Source: Candidatus Eiseniibacteriota bacterium
Lineage (GTDB): Bacteria; Eisenbacteria; RBG-16-71-46
DNA length: 14,772 nt
Reading direction: 5' to 3'
Assembly (NCBI GenBank): GCA_038231135.1
Contig: JBBRLX010000047.1
Span: 1 to 14,772, forward strand
Shown here: piece after piece, positions 7,221 to 14,772 of the stretch
Layout: every line of letters starts with the position of its first letter
Numbering within the stretch: the stretch's first letter is position 1
Notes under the pieces: generated by a model
Databases searched by the model: none
What the model was told of the DNA's origin: nothing
What the model saw: the letters and a program-made list of their open reading frames with translations, nothing else
Made by a program: the position numbers and the translations under genes

Positions 7221-7462
7221 GGCGTGGCGCGCCGGATCGCGAGCGGCGTCGCGCGCCGCGCGGCGGTCGTTGCGGCGGTTGCCCGCCTCATCCAGGCGTC
7301 GTCGGTCGGCGCCTTGTACGGTGGCCGTTGCACCGGGTCGATGATCTCGATGGGGAAATGGAAGATCCTCGGCAGCGCCCAAGCATGGGCATCGTGCGGG
7401 ATCGTCGCAATGGTCGCGAACAGGAGTGCGGCCCCCAACAGCAGCTGCTTGCGCTGGAACAT
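7217..7462 (-). CDS. Small secreted protein, 81 aa, unknown function
   Basis: Strong Shine-Dalgarno AGAAGGAGG 5 nt before the ATG at 7462. MFQRKQLLLGAALLFATIATIPHDAHA is a Sec signal with an AxA cleavage site. Its stop shares the CTAG (7217-7220) with the convergent gene. Confidence 0.7.
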   Translation of the reverse strand: MFQRKQLLLGAALLFATIATIPHDAHAWALPRIFHFPIEIIDPVQRPPYKAPTDDAWMRRATAATTAARRATPLAIRRATP

Positions 7463-7552
7463 GGCGTCCTCCTTCTGACGGCTGCGGCCCCTGGGGCCGT
7501 GGTGGTGAATCCGTTCCGCGGTGCTTCCATCCGACATACACCGGCGGGACCC

Positions 7553-7586
7553 AAAACGTTGGCGGCGGGGATCGCTCCCCGCCGCC
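7553..7586 (-). terminator. Probable terminator hairpin after rpoD
   Basis: Perfect 11-bp stem GGCGGCGGGGA-GCGA-TCCCCGCCGCC (7586-7561), followed by AACGTTTT, 34 nt past the rpoD stop. Confidence 0.65.
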
Positions 7587-7620
7587 GTGTATGAACCCGT
7601 TACCGCCTCGACGCCTCGAT

Positions 7621-9420
<1,800 letters not shown>

Positions 9421-9434
9421 GTACGCCAGCTCTC

Positions 9435-11195
9435 CTATGGTGAGTCCAGGGGATCCCGCAACGATCGTTCGTGGTCTTCGATGTCCCGTGACAGATCGCG
9501 CACCATCTCGAGCAGGGTGTTCTGCTCGGTGGCCGATGCCGCGCGACGCAGGCGCTCCTGCGCCTGTTTGCGTTGGTCCTTGAGACGACGGATCACCAGC
9601 TGGCGCACGCCGCCGCGCGCCTGCTCGCGCCATCGATATTCGCCTTCGGGGGGCAGCGACAGCTCGCGCACGAGCGACGCGGCGTCCGGATCATCCGGAA
9701 AGCCCTGTCCGTCCTCCCACAACCAGTGCGCCACACGCGCGCACACCGGGTCCCGAAAGTCCCCGGGCCCGACCTGACCATCCGTTTCGGCGAAGGACCC
9801 GCGATCTTGCAACAATGCGCGCAGAACGTCCACCTCGACTCCCTGGCGCGCCCGGCGCTGCGCCGCCACCGCCGCCTCCACCGGCCGGTCCGACACCTGC
9901 CCCTGGCGCCGGAATTCCACCGCCCGCGCGAGCACCCCCGCCTCGAGCCCGAAGACGGCACCCGCCCGCTCGATCAGCAGCTGTGCGCGGACGGGGTCCG
10001 GCACCCGGCCGATCAGCCGCACCACCGCCTGCGCCGCCGCCTCGTGCGGATCGCCCGCCACCGGGCCGCCGCGCACGTGGCGCTCGAGGAACCCGATCGG
10101 ATCCGTCGCCGCCGCCCGCGCCGCCTGCCACGCCGGCAGCCCCCCGCGCCGCACCAGCGTATCCGGGTCCTCGCCCGCCGCGAGCTCCACCACCACCACG
10201 TCCAGCCCTTCCGCCAGCACCACCGCCAGCGACCGCGCCACCGCGTCGCGCCCGGCCGAATCGCCGTCGTAGGTCAGCGCGATCCGGCCGGTCATCCGGC
10301 GCAGGATCTTCGCGTGTTCCGGCGTGAGCGCCGTGCCCGAGGTCGCGACGGTGTTCCGGACCCCGGCCTGGTGCAGCGCGATCGCATCGAAATACCCCTC
10401 GACCACGACGGCTTCGCCCGCGGGCTCGATCTGCCGGCGGGCCTGCTCGAGGCCGAACAGGAACGAACCCTTGTGGTACACCGCGGTTTCGGGGGAGTTG
10501 AGATACTTGGGCTCGTCGCCCTCGGCGAGCGCGCGGGCGCCGAATCCGATCACGTCGCCACCCGCCTGGATGAGCGGAACCACGAGTCGATTTCGGAACC
10601 GGTCGAACAGGTTCGCGCGGCCGCCGTCGCGGCGCCCGGCCAGCCCCGCCTGGACCAGCACGTCGTCCGAAAACCGGCCCTTGAGCCGCCGCACCAGGTT
10701 CTCCCAGCCGGGGAGTGCCAGGCCCAACCGGAACGCGCGCTGCACCTCGCGCCCGATGCCGCGGCCCTCGAGATAGTCGCGCGCCGCGGCGCCGATCGTG
10801 GCGTCGCCGAGCCATTGCTCGTACGCCTCGGTCGCCGCCTCCAGCGCTTCGATCAGCGGCGCCTTGGGGCTGCCACCCGGACTCAGGCGCTCCGGCACCG
10901 GGATGCCGGCCCGCCGGCTCAGCAGCTCGACCGCCTCGCGGAACCCGATCTTCTCCGTGTCCATCACGAACCGGAACACGTCGCCGCCGGCCTTGCAGCT
11001 GAAGCAATGGAAGAACTGGCGCTCGGGGTGGACCGAGAACGACGCGGTCTTCTCACCATGGAACGGGCACAACCCCATGAAGTTCCTGCCGGTGCGTTTG
11101 AGCGACACCGTCTGCGACACGATCTCGATGATGTCGCTCGAAACGCGGACGCGCTCGACCCAGTCGTCCGTGCCGCGCGCCGCCGCCGGGCTCAT
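9435..11195 (-). CDS. dnaG: DNA primase, 586 aa
   Basis: CHC2 zinc finger CPFH...[13 protein letters not shown], Toprim [15 protein letters not shown] and DPD. ATG 11195 overlaps the mutS2 stop (ATGA). Confidence 0.97.
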   Translation of the reverse strand: MSPAAARGTDDWVERVRVSSDIIEIVSQTVSLKRTGRNFMGLCPFHGEKTASFSVHPERQFFHCFSCKAGGDVFRFVMDTEKIGFREAVELLSRRAGIPVPERLSPGGSPKAPLIEALEAATEAYEQWLGDATIGAAARDYLEGRGIGREVQRAFRLGLALPGWENLVRRLKGRFSDDVLVQAGLAGRRDGGRANLFDRFRNRLVVPLIQAGGDVIGFGARALAEGDEPKYLNSPETAVYHKGSFLFGLEQARRQIEPAGEAVVVEGYFDAIALHQAGVRNTVATSGTALTPEHAKILRRMTGRIALTYDGDSAGRDAVARSLAVVLAEGLDVVVVELAAGEDPDTLVRRGGLPAWQAARAAATDPIGFLERHVRGGPVAGDPHEAAAQAVVRLIGRVPDPVRAQLLIERAGAVFGLEAGVLARAVEFRRQGQVSDRPVEAAVAAQRRARQGVEVDVLRALLQDRGSFAETDGQVGPGDFRDPVCARVAHWLWEDGQGFPDDPDAASLVRELSLPPEGEYRWREQARGGVRQLVIRRLKDQRKQAQERLRRAASATEQNTLLEMVRDLSRDIEDHERSLRDPLDSP

Positions 11196-13615
11196 CGCAG
11201 CTTCGCCACGGTCACGCCGCGGCCCCCCTCGCCCACCTGGCCCAGGCGGGTGCCCGTCACCTGCGCGTGCGACTTGAGGTGGCGCTCGACCGCGGTGCGC
11301 AGCGCGCCCGTGCCGATGCCGTGGATGACGCGCAGCTCGGACAGGCCGTGGAGCACGGCGCGATCGAGCCCCTGGTCGAGCGCCGGCAGCGCCTCGTCCG
11401 CGGTCATGCCGCGCAGGTCCACCTCGAGCGGAATCTCGTCCGAGGCCTCCCAGGACGCGAGCGAGCGCGGCGCGGTCGCCGCGGACTTCGCGCGCGACGC
11501 GCCCGGCCGGGACCGGCCCGCTTCGGATGCGCCATCCGACGGCTCGAGCTTGCTGACGTGACTCTGGATCGTCCAGCTGCCGCGCCTCAGCCTCACGTTG
11601 CCCTCGGCGTCGGGCGCCGTCGCGATCTCGGCCTCGATCCCCAGGTCCCGCACGCGCACCGTGCGCCCCGGTGCGAGTTCGGCGGGGCCGAGCGGCCCGC
11701 CCGCCGTGGCGGGGGCCGCGAGGCCGAGTTCCTGGTAGGCGCCGGCGCCCTGGCCGCGCACCGTGTCGTGCTCGCGCTCGACGGCGTCGAGCTGCGACTT
11801 GAGCGTCGCCGCGCCGGCGCGGGTCTTGTCCGCCCGGCGCGCCTCGCGCTGCACGGTCTGCCACAGCTCGCGTGCGTGCGACAGCAGCTGTTCGCTCTCG
11901 CCGGTGAGGCGCCGCGTCACCTGATCGAGCCGCGTGCGCGCGGCGCCCGCCGCGTCGCGATGCTCACGTTCGGCCGCCTCGGCGGCCGCGCGCGCGGCCG
12001 CGAGCTGCCCGAGCTCGGCGTCGAGCGACCGCCTCAGCGCCTGCAGGTCGTGCAGCACGCGTTCCAGCGTGCGCGTCTCCTCGCGCGTGTAGCGGCGGGC
12101 GCGCTCGATCAACGCGCGATCGAACCCGAGCCGTTCCGCCATCGCGAGCGCGTGGCTCGCACCCGGCACGCCGCGCAGGAACCGGTAGGTCGGCGCCATC
12201 TTCGCCGCATCGATCTCGAGCGAGCCGTTCACCACGCCGGGCACGGTGCCCGCGAGCAGCTTGAGCGCGCCCAGGTGCGTGGTCACGATGCCCCACGCGC
12301 CGCGCGCGGCGAAGTGCTCGATCAGCACGCGTCCCAGCGGGGCGCCCTCCTCGGGGTCGGTGCCGGCGCCGAGCTCGTCGGCGAGTAGCAGCGTGCGCGG
12401 GCCGGCCGCGCGCGCCATGGCGTCGAGCGCCTTCAGGTGCGCGGCGAACGTCGACAGCCCGCGATCGAGCGACTGCTCGTCGCCGAGATCCACCTCGAGC
12501 GTGTCGATCTCGGGCACGACGCTGCCCTCGGCGGCGGTGACCGGGAACGCGGCGTGCGCCAGCGCCACCGCGAGCCCCACGGTCTTGAGCAGCACCGTCT
12601 TGCCGCCCATGTTGGGGCCGCTCACCAGCAGCAGCGCGCCCGCGCGGTTCAGCTCGAGGTCGAGCGGCACCACCGCGCCGCCGGCCGCCGCGAGCAGCGG
12701 ATGCCGTGCCGCCGTGAGCCGCAGCACGTCGCCGCCGGGCGTGATCGCCACCGCGTGGTGCTCGAGCGCCCAGCGCGCGCGGGCGCGCAGCGTGTCGAGG
12801 TGCGTGAGCGCGCGCTCGAGCTCGAGCACCCGGTCGCGCTCGGCCCGCACCGCGAGCGCCAGCTCGCGCACCACGCGCTGCTCCTCCTCATGGACCACGG
12901 CGCCCAGCTCGATCATGCGGTTGTTGGCGTCGCACATCTCGAGCGGCTCGACGAACAGCGACTGGCCGGTGCGCGACACGTCGTGCACGATGCCGCGGCT
13001 GCGCGTGAACCCCGCGGCCGGGATCAGCGCCACGAACCGTCCGGCGTGGCGCGTGACGTAGGAGCCGTCGCCGAAGCCCTTGCCCCAGCGCTCGAGCCGG
13101 CTCTGCAACTCGCGCTCCCCGCGCGCGAGCTCGGCGCGCGCCCGCGCCAGCGCCGGCGACGCCGAGTCGCGGACGCGCCCGTCGGGATCGAGCGCCGCGC
13201 GCAGCCGGTCGCGCAGCGCGTCGAGCCGCGGCAACGCCAGCACGGCGGCGGCGAGCTCCGGGTGGCGGAGCGCCGCCAGCTCGTCGCCCCACGCGGCGAC
13301 GGTGAGAGCGCCCGAGTCGAGCCAGCCCGCGACGTCGAGCAGCGCCGGGATGTCGAGCGCGGCGCCGTCTTCGTCGAAGTACGCCACGATCGGCGCGGGT
13401 CCCACGTGCAGCCACGCGCCGGGCTCCGCGGTGCGGCGGATCGCCTCGGCGAGCAGCGTCACCTCGCGGGCGCGCACGCCCGCCGCGGCGATCGGCAGGG
13501 CGGCCGTGAGCGCGGCCTGGGCGCCGGCGCTGTCCGCGCGCGACGCGATGTCCGCGGTGACGCGCGGGAACTCCAGCAGCTCGAGTGCGTGAGGATTCAA
13601 CGAAGGTCCCGTCAC
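11192..13615 (-). CDS. mutS2: MutS2 family protein with C-terminal Smr domain, 807 aa
   Basis: N-terminal LELLEF, Walker A SGPNMGGKT, DLGDEQS...LSTF, Walker B DELGAGTDP, VTTH, coiled coil, KOW-like PGRTVRV, and Smr DLRGM...VIHGIGTGALR. Confidence 0.96.
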   Translation of the reverse strand: MTGPSLNPHALELLEFPRVTADIASRADSAGAQAALTAALPIAAAGVRAREVTLLAEAIRRTAEPGAWLHVGPAPIVAYFDEDGAALDIPALLDVAGWLDSGALTVAAWGDELAALRHPELAAAVLALPRLDALRDRLRAALDPDGRVRDSASPALARARAELARGERELQSRLERWGKGFGDGSYVTRHAGRFVALIPAAGFTRSRGIVHDVSRTGQSLFVEPLEMCDANNRMIELGAVVHEEEQRVVRELALAVRAERDRVLELERALTHLDTLRARARWALEHHAVAITPGGDVLRLTAARHPLLAAAGGAVVPLDLELNRAGALLLVSGPNMGGKTVLLKTVGLAVALAHAAFPVTAAEGSVVPEIDTLEVDLGDEQSLDRGLSTFAAHLKALDAMARAAGPRTLLLADELGAGTDPEEGAPLGRVLIEHFAARGAWGIVTTHLGALKLLAGTVPGVVNGSLEIDAAKMAPTYRFLRGVPGASHALAMAERLGFDRALIERARRYTREETRTLERVLHDLQALRRSLDAELGQLAAARAAAEAAEREHRDAAGAARTRLDQVTRRLTGESEQLLSHARELWQTVQREARRADKTRAGAATLKSQLDAVEREHDTVRGQGAGAYQELGLAAPATAGGPLGPAELAPGRTVRVRDLGIEAEIATAPDAEGNVRLRRGSWTIQSHVSKLEPSDGASEAGRSRPGASRAKSAATAPRSLASWEASDEIPLEVDLRGMTADEALPALDQGLDRAVLHGLSELRVIHGIGTGALRTAVERHLKSHAQVTGTRLGQVGEGGRGVTVAKLR

Positions 13616-13702
13616 CCGGGCCTTACGCCGCCTGGGATTCGAAGCGAATCGAGAGCGGCCGGGCGGGCCCTGGAGGCCGGTCCTGCAAGGCCAGACCGCG
13701 GA

Positions 13703-14278
13703 TCAGATGCTGTGGCGCTCGCTCGTGACGCGGCGCTCGCCCACGGCGCGATGCTCGGCCTTGAGGAACCGCTCGCGCAACCAGTCGAATTCCGGCACGT
13801 GTCGCACGGCGCCGCAGGCGCGCGCCGCACCGCTCATCATAGGCACCGCGAGCCGCGCGTGCGCCGCGGTCCTGGGCACCACGTCCGGCCACGGCAACTG
13901 CAGCGCCAGGAACATCACGAGGGTGACGAACACCGTGCCCAGCGCGGCCCCGATCACGAGTCCGCCCGGACCCTCGACGATGCCGAGCGGCCCCTCGCTC
14001 ACGGCATCATGGGCGACGCTGCCGATCCAGCGGAACAACGTGGCCACGGCCACGGCCGCGAGCAGCACGACGACGACTCTCACCAGCAAAAACACCACAG
14101 CGGGCCGGGCGTGCAACCAATGACCCCCGACCCACTGTGATAGCCACACTGCAACCGCCAGGGCCGCGAGCATTCCCATCACCGCGAACAGCTGGGACAG
14201 GAACCCACGGACCCATCCGCGAACCGCGAACGTGAGTATGAGGACCAGAGCCGCCCAGTCCATCCACGTCCACCGCAA
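13703..14278 (-). CDS. cvpA: CvpA (colicin V production) family membrane protein
   Basis: MDWAALVLILTFAVRGWVRGFLSQL matches the D...G..RGF..E/Q N-terminal pattern. Four TM helices, GG..IG motif, and the usual position upstream of mutS2. Start is TTG 14278 or ATG 14263. Confidence 0.85.
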   Translation of the reverse strand: MRWTWMDWAALVLILTFAVRGWVRGFLSQLFAVMGMLAALAVAVWLSQWVGGHWLHARPAVVFLLVRVVVVLLAAVAVATLFRWIGSVAHDAVSEGPLGIVEGPGGLVIGAALGTVFVTLVMFLALQLPWPDVVPRTAAHARLAVPMMSGAARACGAVRHVPEFDWLRERFLKAEHRAVGERRVTSERHSI

Positions 14279-14295
14279 GCCGAAGTCCAGTTGCG

Positions 14296-14490
14296 TCAGT
14301 TCTCCTGCTGCCGGCGCGCCAGATTCTTGCGCTTGGCGGCGTTCAACTTGCGTTTGCGCCGCTCACTGGGTTTCTCGAAGTGCTGATGCCGGCGTAGATC
14401 CGCCATGATTCCGGCCTTCTCGCATTTCTTCTTGAAACGACGCAGGGCGCTCTCGAAGGACTCACCGTCCTTCACCCTGATTCCGGGCAA
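14296..14490 (-). CDS. rpsU: 30S ribosomal protein S21 (bS21), 64 aa, TTG start
   Basis: (M)[27 protein letters not shown]...[15 protein letters not shown] at 14490 is preceded by the SD-like GAGGGGGG 6 nt upstream. Confidence 0.97.
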   Translation of the reverse strand: MPGIRVKDGESFESALRRFKKKCEKAGIMADLRRHQHFEKPSERRKRKLNAAKRKNLARRQQEN

Positions 14491-14544
14491 GAACTTCCCC
14501 CCTCTCTGCCCTTTATTTTGGAGGAATAAGCACAAACAGACGAC

Positions 14545-14572
14545 CGCACCCTCGGGAGTTCACGAAGGTGCG
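14545..14572 (-). promoter_or_regulatory. Stem-loop in the rpsU 5' leader
   Basis: CGCACCTTCG-TGAACTCC-CGAGGGTGCG forms a 10-bp stem with one G-U pair, just after the predicted transcription start. Confidence 0.45.
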
Positions 14573-14586
14573 ATATCAGCCATGCC

Positions 14587-14615
14587 AGTCTATGGCCGTG
14601 AAGACGGAACGTCAA
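14587..14615 (-). promoter_or_regulatory. Sigma70 promoter of the rpsU-cvpA-mutS2-dnaG-rpoD operon
   Basis: TTGACG (14615-14610) - 17 nt - TAGACT (14592-14587). Confidence 0.8.
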
Positions 14616-14631
14616 GCCCGGCCGCCGCCCA

Positions 14632-14772
14632 TGTGCCCCCGCAGTGATTCTGTCACCCCCTAACTCCGCAGTGAGAGTGTCACCCCCATGGACGACACAC
14701 TCATGGGACTACGGGATGCCCGGCGGCTGGGTCTGGTCGAAGCCGCACGACGAGGAGACACGACGAACCGCA
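14632..14772 (+). mobile_element. Left end (IRL) of an IS1202-like/ISNCY insertion sequence, truncated by the window end
   Basis: Starts with TGT at 14632. Repeats CCGCAGTGATTCTGTCACCCC (14639-14659) and CCGCAGTGAGAGTGTCACCCC (14666-14686) are inverted relative to 88-133, and an ORF starts immediately after them. Confidence 0.88.
14688..14772 (+). CDS. Transposase N-terminal fragment, 3'-partial
   Basis: MDDTLMGLRDARRLGLVEAARRGDTTNR... resembles the M..RD..RL..I......G..T..EA lead-in to the HTH of IS1202/ISNCY transposases. It begins directly after the inner terminal repeat. Confidence 0.72.
   Translation, partial: MDDTLMGLRDARRLGLVEAARRGDTTNR

Noticed and set aside
11196..11864. 809-aa DnaG with a long N-terminal extension (and the 670-aa RpoD starting at 9633)
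   Set aside because: The extensions overlap the 3' ends of mutS2 and dnaG in other frames. Homology-like sequence begins at ATG 11195 and ATG 9420.
13612..13830. 72-aa ORF bridging cvpA and mutS2
   Set aside because: It starts inside cvpA with low-complexity sequence and no SD. Its TGA is simply a by-product of the mutS2 GTG-A start.
14567..14594. GGTGCGATAT... as a dif/XerCD site targeted by the IS
   Set aside because: Only the first 6 nt resemble the XerC arm. There is no TTATGTTAAAT-like XerD arm, it is too far from the IS end, and it is explained by the rpsU leader and promoter.

Overview
High-GC bacterial chromosome segment, mostly a minus-strand housekeeping cluster: rpsU-cvpA-mutS2-dnaG-rpoD, three accessory envelope/secreted-protein genes, tRNA-Ile2(CAT), tRNA-Val(CAC), a C4 zinc-ribbon coiled-coil protein, a patatin with an inserted membrane domain, RNase HI, RNase P RNA (rnpB) and a TMTC-like GT-C/TPR membrane protein. 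Both ends of the window lie inside an IS1202-like (ISNCY) insertion sequence that the ORF track misses. Positions 1-140 are the transposase C-terminus (HPWR) plus right end, and 14632-14772 are the left end plus transposase N-terminus, in the same orientation. The most unusual points are this IS bracket (one copy 16 bp upstream of the rpsU -35 box), an apparently leaderless rnhA whose stop codon lies inside the RNase P RNA, a chain of overlapping mini-ORFs feeding the patatin, and an unannotated 81-aa secreted peptide after rpoD. I see no CRISPR array or defence island and cannot establish a wholly new system from sequence alone. All family calls come from motif recognition by eye; no database searches were run.
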